From NCBI GenBank assembly GCA_008690995.1, contig VRMN01000003.1:992001-1056000 (forward strand): 64,000 nt of DNA. Direction: 5' to 3'. The stretch comes from Porphyridium purpureum (taxonomy: Eukaryota). A program made the translations under genes and the position numbers. Below the pieces are notes generated by a model. The model was given only the letters and a program-made list of their open reading frames with translations. It was not told the origin of the DNA and searched no databases. Every line of letters starts with the position of its first letter. Position 1 is the first letter of the stretch. Below are positions 10,101-17,951 of this stretch, piece by piece.

Positions 10101-11305
10101 CGCTGCTGGGTGCGACAGGTACACTAGCGCGGAAGCACGGTAATGACGCAGATAGTGTGCAGGCGCAGCTCGTAATTGAACGGGAGCTCGACATTGACCG
10201 CCCTTTGGCCCATAATTCGGCGGCTTCATCCGGGGGCTTGGTCTCAATCAGTGGTTTCGTTGATGAGATTAGTGTCTTTACGTCGGCCGCTCGACCCAAG
10301 CGGCTTGGCCTGGTGGGTTCGGACGGAAATACTTACATGTTTTTGTGCAAAGTGGAGAGTCGGGCAGATATCCGTAAAGATGCCCGTTTTATGGAATATG
10401 CCTCGACGGTGAACCGACTTTTGGGCGCTTGCGAACCTGCACGAGAACGTGAGATGCAGCTGACAACGTACAGCGTGCTGCCGCTGAACGAAAAGTGTGG
10501 CATTTTCGAGTGGGTGAAGAATCTGATCAAGTTCCAGGACGCTATGCGCGGTCTGTATCAAAAGTGCGGTGTGGAGTTTTCTGTTAAGCGCATCTCCGAA
10601 GCCGAGACGCGCTATAAGCATGATAGGCGTGCGTTCTTTCGTGAGTGGCTGCTGCCAAACTTTCCACCATTGTTCCACCGCTTCTTTCTGATCAAATTCG
10701 GCCATGACGCGAGGCTGTGGATCACGGCTCAAAATAGATTCACGCGCTCGGTAGCGCTGTGGTCGATGGCTGGATACGTTGTTGGGCTCGGCGATCGCCA
10801 CGCAGATAACCTACTGATTGACTCTCGTACGGGACAATGTGTGCACGTGGACTTTGAAATGCTTTTTGAAAAGGGGCTCACACTGCCCGTACCGGAGAGG
10901 GTACCATTCCGCCTCACCCAGAATATGGTGGACGCCATGGGCAGCTCGGGCTTTCACGGCGGGATGAAGATTTGCTCATTGATTGTGATTCGCAGACTCC
11001 GTGAACATCGTAACGCAATCGTGAATGTTTTGGAGACCCTGCTGTACGACCCGTTCGTGGACTGGTCCAAAAGCAGCGCGAAGGCGCCTAGGCACGGAGC
11101 AAGCTCCGTGCTAAACGGCGCTGGGGCTGCTGTAACACAGGTGTCAGCGTCCAGAGCACTCGGCTCCATTGAAAGTAAGCTGCAAGGCATCGTGGGTGGC
11201 GGGCTGCCGCTCTCGGCTGAGGCGCAAGTCGATCGTATTATTGCAGAAGCCGTCAGCGAGCAGAATCTCGCGCGAATGTACATATGGTGGATGCCATTTA
11301 TGTGA
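1118..11305 (+). CDS. ATR: Serine/threonine kinase ATR (PIKK family), intronless, ~3400 aa
   Basis: HEAT-like N-terminus, FAT region (EAAWRLGEWDEL), kinase motifs DIRKDARFME, GLGDRHADNLL, VHVDFEMLF and PERVPFRLT, and an ATR-type FATC end (LARMYIWWMPFM). ORF is open from 965; ATG 1118 is my preferred start. Confidence 0.92.
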   Translation: MADDGGTRVRDVRAVCLQAIAALEQGDEDVRQEIFQLLRLTLTKVPRDAWRSVSQLADAANNELDKLMYVLVHEYLVTVAPTQTHSRDEYEDLIGLLCYYAASAELLQYLLQQLAELTVLIHRRADFAQQNGALTAHGSAEMQPRKRMANRSVKHNTPAKTRAEAPPSHAKSSSATQGAAVGDDRAAVFFQRLAPASIREKDRYCIDLSKPQLFELVSCLLNRVAAVPRIRSFVKLERHTEMDPLGELGNLPVRALQKLIPALSTMIGSNPRDRKVRIFCAKLRARVQNEFDGQLLEEWWQLGTAIAAVIPCAIGSLALPLLTPNKIELVRKWDKSKCTARAISCAWLAAAVHQVLQLNAWCEYHPSASHQYESSLCDMMGHLLQRLCGFELCRSPNCISATFLVCAPNSRSECSLCRELVRAARRIRNGPMWQSASLRSSLTALVLDPSREKEKEAFDQAAFDRVVQKRFVSSKIGSWTQRLVAVSNLALLYFSHESEINSLVTRTLCDLLDSLGLAKLNIGEHGTVAGIDATQIAMLFKLCFGLTKRGLYGSNSNESDACDAFAQIVEIYVSFLAGLVGRMGDKSDRTLASLLASLNELELAVFRCGVLDVWLQAGWRRTLLQGLLGLVSPQAVHKMVGRVSGGSAYSCCREDTLLLAIVSFVLRISRAAGRIDETKATESVDQDVSCMITDLAEALLDSSLSQNIPRVAGTETLSINLERWDALGFVLALSSLSDGLCLASGCLRSNAGKDTASNTGDTVSISLPRFLGCCRAFRDAVLVIQRMKRERYELAFNAQQPMDHELFEMVEELFAAACASLAKHMPASVREVHELGVIDFDVQHARNITNELVWWLLDRAFDGQCRAVSRLDDERCDLSMTRSTSAVHGALRGLLSVVAQAQPWNCLSSADCLKRASSAGIFGHVAAVLENCTASAFHSKAIALRLEDRIRDCSSQGLSLDGAGYLICSLLDLEGARSGVDGHLALKKSMLSTQLLRQLFRIYVSKSYADASSVRVANLEEVASSGPAYRAMTLALWTERANAAGTGPPETNAERIGRCLLDNVDVFLPEILPVLCRSAGSPHATSRPSPQGQLAHIALLFNMDEGGILMRIARHCIREVLVVGGSEALLALCRALESCYVDQRTCLTPFELLRDQFGLALCDCLVQRDFQRRLEELVGLIPSDVVLPVLGNASSRGVTSTLDMLQGILRHCGNDITNELCIQLGGNDEQRKRAEIGFENIALVVTSAGHKDRDGHYGTTEAVAEWLSDHFLPAMDVLGAKILSRKMAIAERVHGLRSLRHMLKLSGKRVHYFVPQVLATLSLSLRLARPKSAAGLMEIRGGSRSANDTVPAGILQARMHALLERARADAWKEFLVALGVEHVVNHLSSIVAILVPHLERDEKLAGTVAPVLRQTIEALVVSSSSMSQSARRAPGQNAKPSGSPMKAVNAALGALVFFPDWERASSAWMQANPDLVRVSELLRIWEKQNQSSEFATWVLSDPGIPTRYSEVLTRMFRICHVVGTQDNKVVKSLALEHMVQLMRENRDVVRRLPMYTEGEQRQRQRIASDPGTESDCTLFRIAFPVRDFGDFMKSLMMCCSDGSDTRLSGAALIVLGELGAIDPTLYLDGPDAATGRDPGAISGCSESDEQIDKLRDSGVCAARLADLQGLSLVRAITQPRQPQTNSLKDFAPDLSSALFRLGHNVLRYHLVPALTQQNGAASFSPGHAQGLTPEQKNVIGFSIQEVLAVCKCTSETPELARILREEHLQSTLIQEVHLEGPHAASALAASFWNTFSGSVRSVLTPFLGSLYEIRRVAPRSESESTATASSVTQLDLHLAESRSHVKKWVVIFLSWIIEALESQMKDKTSMLNSAHVGKATAAAASERTTTGGSSVAPAPARREIGMHQLFPGEAWVYQKNWIRLLLALRKYIRVADDGSLALEIFPLIVQEGFLFLPRGSWQLIQRELCAGLEANGATAAYVFAAYDSIGQALLKFEAAFGRLPRTQGGGAKVNSSPAAGSHFQPLKHWSIVDLNHFAVFWTNFHRQHRKKLHISFDVGEEVTTSTHEVEQILIASVRGSVHTQSSERGIMYLEYLLRVRSAGEERSESETASDLTNHELKESADELCSLLLDLSYELEDIDRMEGVLCVHSTSNIRSRLRKAEAARDYPNALFLHEQVLEMSGRGNGWAIFADHNSMITGSSPSRSKRVVTYEAQQASLDYAAYLECLGKSGRWSSVVRLVSRPPALRMVRGSQAEQAPQEHAAYMALLRAKGMEAAWRLGEWDELSALWNDGIISNTANLPSDDRVMMQNQGRSHLQTFADARGLFDPNRDSAGSSEYLSRMFLSALDSRYAHLSQSDRNQNSGLQSSIQELARLARLALVPNMAAVMCARSNHPIQVVQSQMDRVYPLLVQLHVIAEVEDGLSQFGTGHKVDGGSNSRFLISGDDASLVYDENRMQWMSLAGEHRQTVLYARRAVFLMRGEPYRAAIASLEIALFATREGNLTHAKNCISQGHHLLEVCSTSSVANDSAELNRVRIGLSLVDAQVSFREDDVARAIAILEHRVLKSSQKQGLRLVSHVQGDDKDLGARTKHENELHPNVVNHFAEAYAHYMLAKWKDVSQTSRASDIIGHFRQALVTSSGEDETLREEQHSAANSTTVASAGDKALQESAFFELGKYFDRLLRAAANSQIKDFVDNLPVGAKADEYGPQVGGPEDGTATDPSQYAPYVTRYFAAALRLGGGTRFASEAVSRMLTLAFDYEQPDEGLEVFVDDDGGSSGAPPGGAAARVTATKSLATRGHSIAGAKSVRNELESAIRSLPRSIWVPTIPQILSRVSRASGALRDVLVGLLVALLREHPYQTTWHIVPVCEYSDRVRASLAQSILEKAKQPVSQEHRAEFPRQSEHVFIKRLIVQMEVLVRHLIKVCKTQFEKERSLSLSTHFHAMAKMQMPLAVIVPTLQAMNSSGMQFSISSSHAWKNDESHSGNELGLLAALLGATGTLARKHGNDADSVQAQLVIERELDIDRPLAHNSAASSGGLVSISGFVDEISVFTSAARPKRLGLVGSDGNTYMFLCKVESRADIRKDARFMEYASTVNRLLGACEPAREREMQLTTYSVLPLNEKCGIFEWVKNLIKFQDAMRGLYQKCGVEFSVKRISEAETRYKHDRRAFFREWLLPNFPPLFHRFFLIKFGHDARLWITAQNRFTRSVALWSMAGYVVGLGDRHADNLLIDSRTGQCVHVDFEMLFEKGLTLPVPERVPFRLTQNMVDAMGSSGFHGGMKICSLIVIRRLREHRNAIVNVLETLLYDPFVDWSKSSAKAPRHGASSVLNGAGAAVTQVSASRALGSIESKLQGIVGGGLPLSAEAQVDRIIAEAVSEQNLARMYIWWMPFM

Positions 11306-11844
11306 CGGAATGTTGTTTTGCACATCGGCGTAGGCATTAATCGGCATGAATGGATCTTCGACTCTGCCCTGAGGCTTCCCTATTCAAGCACCTTTCGCTT
11401 TTTTTTACATATCAACGCTGAGAATATTTTGAAAATGCCATGAATGGTTTTGCGCTTGAAGTAGTACCTGGTTCTGGTGTCATGTCATCCGGCGTAATGA
11501 GTCCGCGAGTATTGTTCAGACTCTTCACGTCCTCCAAGCATCCCGTATTTCGTGTCGGGTTGTAGATCAAAATGCTTGCGGCTGTGAGGAATCAGAAATT
11601 CGCTTGGAATCTCAGAGGTTGGGAAGCATGCGTCCTCAATCATGGCTCGAATAAAAGGAGCAATATCCAGGCACGCTTGCCCGGCACGAATCTTCGCCGT
11701 CGCCTTGTCCGTCAAAGTTTGTCTCGAAATTTGCACGTGGAGGGCCAGTAGATGATTTGGATCCTGAAGAAAGGGCTTCGTCTAGCCCAGGAGATCGGCG
11801 TCGTCGGGGTGTTTGTGCGGCCATTTTGCGGCTAACGCAAGAAT

Positions 11845-12456
11845 ATGCGAACTCCGCTTATGTCCAACGCTTTACTGGTATTCCTCAAGGGGCCGAACCC
11901 TCGGAAGGGGCTTGTTCCGTGGAATGTGGGGAAGCTGACGAGCCAGTGGGCGCGGCGTTGCAGCGGACGCGGTGGCGGTGAGAGCCCTTCTCAATCGTAC
12001 GGAGATTATGAGAATGCAAAGCAGCTCGGAGAGCGAGTTCTCGCCGCGGACTCACCGTACAAGGCGGTGCTCGACACGGTGCCGAATCCGCATCCAGATG
12101 TCAAGTACGTCGCCCGTTTCGCGTGCCCTGAGTTTACGTCGCTCTGCCCGGTGACAGGACAGCCCGACTTTGCGCACCTGGTGATTGACTACGTACCGCA
12201 AACGAAGCTCGTCGAGTCGAAGAGCCTGAAGCTCTACCTGCAGTCATTCCGCAACCACGGCGATTTTCACGAGGCGTGCACGGTCGGCATTGCGCGTCGT
12301 CTTGTCGAGGAGCTCGACCCGCTTTGGCTGAGAATCGGAGGCTACTGGTATCCACGCGGAGGTATTCCCATCGACGTATTCTACGCCACTGGCGACCCGC
12401 CGTCCGGAGTCTGGATTCCAGACCAGGGCGTCCCTCCGTTCCGAGGACGCGGCTAA
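11845..12456 (+). CDS. queF: NADPH-dependent 7-cyano-7-deazaguanine (preQ0) reductase, unimodular type I, with N-terminal extension
   Basis: [16 protein letters not shown] (catalytic Cys/Asp), QueF motif [31 protein letters not shown] and the C-terminal [14 protein letters not shown]. Confidence 0.93.
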   Translation: MRTPLMSNALLVFLKGPNPRKGLVPWNVGKLTSQWARRCSGRGGGESPSQSYGDYENAKQLGERVLAADSPYKAVLDTVPNPHPDVKYVARFACPEFTSLCPVTGQPDFAHLVIDYVPQTKLVESKSLKLYLQSFRNHGDFHEACTVGIARRLVEELDPLWLRIGGYWYPRGGIPIDVFYATGDPPSGVWIPDQGVPPFRGRG

Positions 12457-12683
12457 GCCGATGTCATCGGCACCGCCCCGAGCGCCGCCGCCGACCAACA
12501 CTTGTCCCGCGCGCATGTCTACCACAAAACCCTACCCTACCGCAGGTGTGTCGGGTGTACAGTATTCCAGTGTACCGCGAGATAAAAGTTTCAGCCCGTG
12601 CCGAGCACGCGGCCGAGCTCGGAAGAAAGAAAGACTGGCGACGAGGCTCTGGCGGCGGCGGTGGTGGTCTGGGAGCGTCAGCG

Positions 12684-13373
12684 ATGGTGGTGAAGGCGTC
12701 AACTTGCACGGGATGGGTCGTGGAACCCGCGCTCGTTGGCCTGGTGACACACGCGTCTGGCCGAGCCATGGAGGCGCCGTCAAGCATTCGCGGGAACGCA
12801 TGCAGCGCACGTGGAGTCTCGCAGCCATGTGCGTGGAGGTCTGCCCGTGCTAACGCTGTGTGCCTCACGGCGAAGAAGCGACAAGGCCCGCCCCAGAAGA
12901 GTGATGCGGGTGCAGAGGATTCGGCGGAGAGCTCCAGCGTTGAGGAAAAGGCGCAAGGGTTTCAGCCGCGCGGGCTGACGATGAGCAAGCAGGTAGATGA
13001 GTATGGCTTTGTCAGGCCGCAGCCAGGCGCGGACTCTTCGTTGCCAGAAATTGTGGCCAACCGCATGGGTAAGCGTATGATTGTCTTGTTTAGCGTGCCG
13101 TTTTTCACCGGGATAGGTGGCTTTGTGACAGTATACTTGCTGTCCATTAAATCGGACATCGTCGTGCTTCCCTCGCTGGTCGCAACTTCAACATTGGGTA
13201 CATTTGGCTTGGCGCTTACGGGTCTCACGTACGGTATCATGTCCGCTAGCTGGGACCCAGACGAGGAAGGCAGCTTCTGGGGATTCACGGAATTCAAGAC
13301 GAATCTCTTGCGCACGGTGGAGGCGTTGTCGCTGCAGAAAAAACGTGAAAAGGCTCAATCTCGCGACGAATGA
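12684..13373 (+). CDS. PAM68: PAM68-like thylakoid PSII assembly factor (DUF3464) with transit peptide
   Basis: LPEIVANRMGKRM, two TM segments, GLTYGIMSASWDPDEEGSFWGFTEFKTN. Start inferred at ATG 12684 (MVVKAS). Confidence 0.85.
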   Translation: MVVKASTCTGWVVEPALVGLVTHASGRAMEAPSSIRGNACSARGVSQPCAWRSARANAVCLTAKKRQGPPQKSDAGAEDSAESSSVEEKAQGFQPRGLTMSKQVDEYGFVRPQPGADSSLPEIVANRMGKRMIVLFSVPFFTGIGGFVTVYLLSIKSDIVVLPSLVATSTLGTFGLALTGLTYGIMSASWDPDEEGSFWGFTEFKTNLLRTVEALSLQKKREKAQSRDE

Positions 13374-13468
13374 CAGAGTGATGCCTGCATCTTTTCGCTC
13401 CGACTCGTCGGAGCTTCAGGATTTTATACAAGGACTGTCGATAACTTCTTTTTACCCGACCGAAGACT

Positions 13469-16372
13469 TCACAAGCTTTTGAAACTCAATTGCTCAGACT
13501 TGTCATCGGGGAGCGAACCATCGGGATCGAACTTCATCCTGTCTTGCAGGACTTCATACTGCTCCAGGAAAAAGAGCGGATCCTGTGCGAGGCCAAGGTC
13601 CGAGCTTTGTTGAGCAAGCTGTAAAATACTTCGATTGAAAGCCAGCCACTTATGCCGATCATAGAAGACGGAGTCACGGCGCACCGAATCCACGTAATAC
13701 TCAGCCGCCATGGCGGCCACTTGGCAGTCACGATCCTTCCACAGAGCACTGCAGTAGTCGGCCGAAATCTCACCAAGAAGTGCCGAAAGAAATTTGCGAC
13801 AAAGGCTAATCTCCTGGCGCATCGAATACGATACAAGCGCCCTTTTGTACAGCTGCGAGAGCAAGCGATCTAGCCGCTGCAAGTTGTACACATCAAACAT
13901 GTCCTTGTGAAAAAGAAAATCCGGCAATCCCAGGCTTCCCGAGAAAAACTCGTGGATTCTTGTATCTACCTGCGCATCGCTGAATATGATTTTCTGTAGG
14001 CTCTGGCCATGCCGAAGGTCCGAGGGAAGCAGACATGTTTTCAAAAACAGATGAACTAGCTTGCACAAAAAAGAAGCCTCATCGGCTGTCTCAGTTCCGT
14101 CCTGAGTCACCAGCCCGTCCAATGCGCGCGCAAAGGCAGCCGAAATCGCGCTCAGACGATCAGGATAGGCACACTTAATATCAAGATCTCGCGCGAGGCG
14201 ACATTCTACGGTGACTCGATCAAGCAAGGCGTCAAGAGGTCGATCGTGCAGAAAAGCCGTCTTCCAAACGTCAAGATACTCACTAATGCAGCGTGCAACC
14301 TCTCCGAGTACATTTGTCAACACATCCACATCCAGCTTTCTAGCCACGCGGGACATGATGTAGCCATAATGGGCAACCGACTCCATTTCAGTCTGGTCAA
14401 GGGAAAACAACTCAGCAAGCTGCTTTGTCTTCTTGTCCATCAGCGGCCAAAAGATGAGGCACTGAATGATGCTGAATGCAAATCGCTTCAGTACACGTGT
14501 GAACGCAAATGCAAGCGTCTCGGGGGCTTCGTGAAGCTGCAGCATTCGCTTGATAATATCACGCTGAACCAAAAATGCATGCTCGTCAAAGGCGTGCTTT
14601 CCCCGCGTGGACTCCAGAAAAGTCCTCGTCTCGTCAAAGGCGTAGTCTATGACAAGATCGAAAATCTCCCTCCGCGTCGACTTCGTATGGCATCTTTCAA
14701 AGAACCAGAGCATCGTCCCGCGCATTCGCGCATCCTGCAGCCCCTCCTGTCGCATGCGAGGCAACAGAATATTGCGCACCAGTCCCACTTCTGCACTCCC
14801 TCCTTGCTGAAAAAATTTAAAACAGAAGCGAAGAAGGAAAGCACACGGCAAGTCAAAAGCTCGGTCTGACCGGTATGCCGTGAGCGTCAGGACCAGTGAC
14901 TTGCGCCATGCATCTCGCGACCATACGACTCCCGGCGGAGCAGCTTCAATGACACTCACTTCCCTATTTTCCGCGAAGAAAAAGTTCAAATATATATGTA
15001 CACATTCCCCGATTGTGCTTAAAAGCATCGACCGCGCAGGTTGCGCATCCGTCTCAGTCTGCATGAGAGCGCTGTGGACATAGAGATTGGTCAGCAGGAG
15101 AGTTACCCGATCACATAATAGCTCGCTATCGGTGATCTTTAGCAAGTCCCGCACGCATTTGCGGACCAGTTGCGCGCCGGCGCCGCCAAGGGCGCTGACA
15201 CCACAGTGGTCGTCGATGATCATTTTCACAAGACATCGCATGGCAAGCGAGTTGCGGCGCCGGTTGCTGGTGCCATGAACGAACAAGTGAAAGAGCTCTG
15301 GAAAGTCTTCACGCGCGCTGGTCAGGGTATAAAAAATATCCTTCTGTTCGTATGCAATCTTATCACGACTCTCAAGTTCCGCCTTGCGTTGCTTCTCTCG
15401 AATGAAGTACATACTTCCATTGGGTGCCGATGGCAACGACAATGCATCTTTGTCGCGGGGAAGTACCGTGTCAGCTCGACGTTTAGAAGCGCGCAGCGCA
15501 AATTCACTCGCCCGGTCAAGCTTTCTCCGGTTTGGAAAAATCGTGTTCAAGCGCAAACGCGCAAGATGATTTCGGTAGTGACCGATGTTGGCAGGAATAA
15601 CTTTGAGTGTAGAGCAGTAGGGCACGGACTCCAGCTCATTCAACATTAGAAGCACATTTTCCGGCGATTCTTCCATTGTTGACGCTAGCGCTTCATTGAT
15701 GGTTCGAATACTGGTCGTCTTTTCGAGCTCCGGCTGCTGCTGTGCATCTGTGCTGTTTTCTGCTTCTGTATCGTTCATTCCCTGTGCTACACGCGGTCCA
15801 GTTTCAACTGTTGCCTGAAGCAAAACATTGCTCTCGACGCTTTCCCGGATATATTCTTCATCCTGCATAAATGGGGTCATCGCCTGCTGCACGCGTTGAG
15901 TCGCATGATCGTCCGCAAACCGCACGCGCGACCCAGTCGGTTTCCGTACCTCAGACACAGTGGCCAAGCCGCCGCGTTTGGCATTGCCAGGGACCGACTT
16001 TCTGACCCCTCCAGAGACCGGAGAGTCACTCTCTCCCTGTCCATTCGAGCCGGTTGGCGAAATACCAACGCGAGCGGCAGGTTCTTTGATTCCTGCCGCG
16101 CCATTCTGCTCGCGAGCACTCCTACGCGCTCCACCGCAGCCGTCCACAAAGCCTTCCGAGGATGCTGTATCCGCATAAAAGTCGGCAGCACGAGCAGACG
16201 ACGTCAAAGCTGCCACGGTCGATCCTTGCAAACTCGACACAAGGGACAAGTCGTTCGAGTTGACATTGTCTAACAGGTCCAACTCGGCGTTACTCCACAC
16301 TGTGCCAGGCCCAAGGTCAAGCACTAATTCTGGCTCATTGTCCTCGGCCCACTGCGACAGCGCCATGCTCAT
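13469..16372 (-). CDS. Uncharacterised ~965 aa protein: disordered acidic N-terminus with an RVRF motif, helical-repeat-like C-terminal region
   Basis: Long uninterrupted ORF filling the gap between PAM68 and the Nudix gene. No family recognised; start (16372 or 16366) is uncertain. Confidence 0.7.
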   Translation of the reverse strand: MSMALSQWAEDNEPELVLDLGPGTVWSNAELDLLDNVNSNDLSLVSSLQGSTVAALTSSARAADFYADTASSEGFVDGCGGARRSAREQNGAAGIKEPAARVGISPTGSNGQGESDSPVSGGVRKSVPGNAKRGGLATVSEVRKPTGSRVRFADDHATQRVQQAMTPFMQDEEYIRESVESNVLLQATVETGPRVAQGMNDTEAENSTDAQQQPELEKTTSIRTINEALASTMEESPENVLLMLNELESVPYCSTLKVIPANIGHYRNHLARLRLNTIFPNRRKLDRASEFALRASKRRADTVLPRDKDALSLPSAPNGSMYFIREKQRKAELESRDKIAYEQKDIFYTLTSAREDFPELFHLFVHGTSNRRRNSLAMRCLVKMIIDDHCGVSALGGAGAQLVRKCVRDLLKITDSELLCDRVTLLLTNLYVHSALMQTETDAQPARSMLLSTIGECVHIYLNFFFAENREVSVIEAAPPGVVWSRDAWRKSLVLTLTAYRSDRAFDLPCAFLLRFCFKFFQQGGSAEVGLVRNILLPRMRQEGLQDARMRGTMLWFFERCHTKSTRREIFDLVIDYAFDETRTFLESTRGKHAFDEHAFLVQRDIIKRMLQLHEAPETLAFAFTRVLKRFAFSIIQCLIFWPLMDKKTKQLAELFSLDQTEMESVAHYGYIMSRVARKLDVDVLTNVLGEVARCISEYLDVWKTAFLHDRPLDALLDRVTVECRLARDLDIKCAYPDRLSAISAAFARALDGLVTQDGTETADEASFLCKLVHLFLKTCLLPSDLRHGQSLQKIIFSDAQVDTRIHEFFSGSLGLPDFLFHKDMFDVYNLQRLDRLLSQLYKRALVSYSMRQEISLCRKFLSALLGEISADYCSALWKDRDCQVAAMAAEYYVDSVRRDSVFYDRHKWLAFNRSILQLAQQSSDLGLAQDPLFFLEQYEVLQDRMKFDPDGSLPDDKSEQLSFKSL

Positions 16373-17153
16373 GGCGGTGGCAGGAACGGAGGCGTTTGCC
16401 CCGTCCGTGTTTCGCTCCGGCAAATTCTTCGTCCCCCGCTCTGGGCGACAAGCGTCTTCGTGTGTTGGTGCGGTGCGCCGCGTGGCAGCAAGCTGTGTGC
16501 GGCCGCGTGCGGCCCGCATGCAGGAAGAGGAATTTGATGTCTTGAACCGAGATGGCTCGCCCGCACTCCAGCGGCTGCCGCGCTCTGTTGTACATGCGGA
16601 GGGGCATTGGCACCGTAGCGTGCATGTGTGGATTGTGGACGAAAAGGAAGGCACGCTGCTCTTGCAGATGCGTGCACCGGATAAGGACACATTTCCGAAC
16701 CGGTTGGACGTGTCGGCAGCTGGCCACATCGCGGCAGGTGAAGGAAGCTGGGATACTGCTTTGCGGGAGCTCGAGGAAGAACTAGGCGTCGAGTTGGACG
16801 ATCGCGGCGCGAGCGTGAAAGTTTACTCGCGCGAAGAAAGTGCACTGCTCCATGTGGCCCAGCCACTGCGGCTGCTGTTCACAGCAGAAAGCGAAAACCA
16901 GGGCGAGACGCCTGCACACGGCAAGTTCGTGGATCGTGAACTGCAGGATGTTTACTTACTCGTGACGCGGGAAGCCCTTGATCTGTCTAAGCTAAAGTTG
17001 CAGCAATCCGAAGTACTGGGTGTGCGATTCTTGCCTTGGACGCAGTATCGCGACGCACTCTGTGCCGGAGATGAGGCCTTTGTCCCGCGCCCAGCGGAAT
17101 ATGCACGCCGATTTTTCAAAATTCTGCATGAGCAAACTAACCTGAAATCTTAG
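16371..17153 (+). CDS. Nudix hydrolase (IDI/YfcD/plant NUDX3-like), probable plastid transit peptide
   Basis: EEFDVL..VHAEGHWHRSVHVWI..LLLQMR..KDTFPNRLDVSAAGH followed by the Nudix box GEGSWDTALRELEEELGV. N-terminus MAVAGTEAFAPS is Ser/Arg-rich. Confidence 0.85.
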   Translation: MAVAGTEAFAPSVFRSGKFFVPRSGRQASSCVGAVRRVAASCVRPRAARMQEEEFDVLNRDGSPALQRLPRSVVHAEGHWHRSVHVWIVDEKEGTLLLQMRAPDKDTFPNRLDVSAAGHIAAGEGSWDTALRELEEELGVELDDRGASVKVYSREESALLHVAQPLRLLFTAESENQGETPAHGKFVDRELQDVYLLVTREALDLSKLKLQQSEVLGVRFLPWTQYRDALCAGDEAFVPRPAEYARRFFKILHEQTNLKS

Positions 17154-17594
17154 CTCGGTAGCGCGACACGTGCCACTTCTAGTCGGTCAGATATCACGGT
17201 ATCGTTTCTTTCCAGTCGCTACGTTCAGGTCGCTGTATCGGTGCATATGACTCTTGGGACAAGCGGAATTTGCGCAAAATAATCTGATCAGGCCTTTTCT
17301 CCCTTAGAGTATCGTCTTCGTCCGCTGGCAGGCTCGCGCAAATCGTGTCCCTTCAAGCATTCTTGCACCAGTGCGAGATGCTGCGCAAATGTCACATGCC
17401 TTGAATACATATTGCTTCCTCACCCAAAGTCCTCGACCAGCCTCATCAGGAGCCAACCATCTAACCCCACAGCCCGCCAACGCACGCGTCGAGACTCCAA
17501 GTCCGCGTGTTCACCTGTCACGCGAACGTCCGTGATGTTGACCATCGGCGTGACGTGGTTATAGTTGTCGTGTTCCTGCCCATCAATATTGGCT

Positions 17595-17840
17595 CTACTT
17601 CCGGGAGACGAGTTTTTGGCTCCAATCAAACAGCGCGTATCCGACGCTCATGCCGAATGCCGCCGCAGCGCCGATCATGAACGGCCGCCATACGTATTTG
17701 TATAACTCGGCGCGAGCGGCCGCCGCGGCGCCTCCGAGACCCCATATCCCGCCGCCCTTGCCGTACAGACCGTCATCATCAGAGAAGTACTCGGATACCT
17801 CGTCCGCCTGGCTCTTACCGGACTCAAGATCGTCATCCAT
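17595..17840 (-). CDS. Small (81 aa) single-pass membrane protein, Mim1/TOM13-like pattern
   Basis: Acidic N-terminus, then YVWRPFMIGAAAAFGMSVGYALFDW and a short basic tail. Divergent from SNRNP27. Confidence 0.6.
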   Translation of the reverse strand: MDDDLESGKSQADEVSEYFSDDDGLYGKGGGIWGLGGAAAAARAELYKYVWRPFMIGAAAAFGMSVGYALFDWSQKLVSRK

Positions 17841-17951
17841 CTCGATCCTTTAAGCCTTCCCCTGCCTTCGTCTCACGTCCACAGCTTCGATCTCTTGCTC
17901 TTCAGCAGTCAACGCAGCTAAATTTCCCATGTCTCAAACTCGCGAAAAAGA

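Noticed and set aside
11485..11981. Short ORFs between ATR and queF, and a possible preQ1 riboswitch upstream of queF
   Set aside because: The ORFs show no recognisable motifs, and I could not find a preQ1-I stem-loop with an A-rich tail.
12276..12683. Upstream extension of the PAM68 ORF overlapping queF
   Set aside because: Starts at a non-ATG codon and reads as Arg-rich shadow translation. ATG 12684 gives a normal transit peptide.
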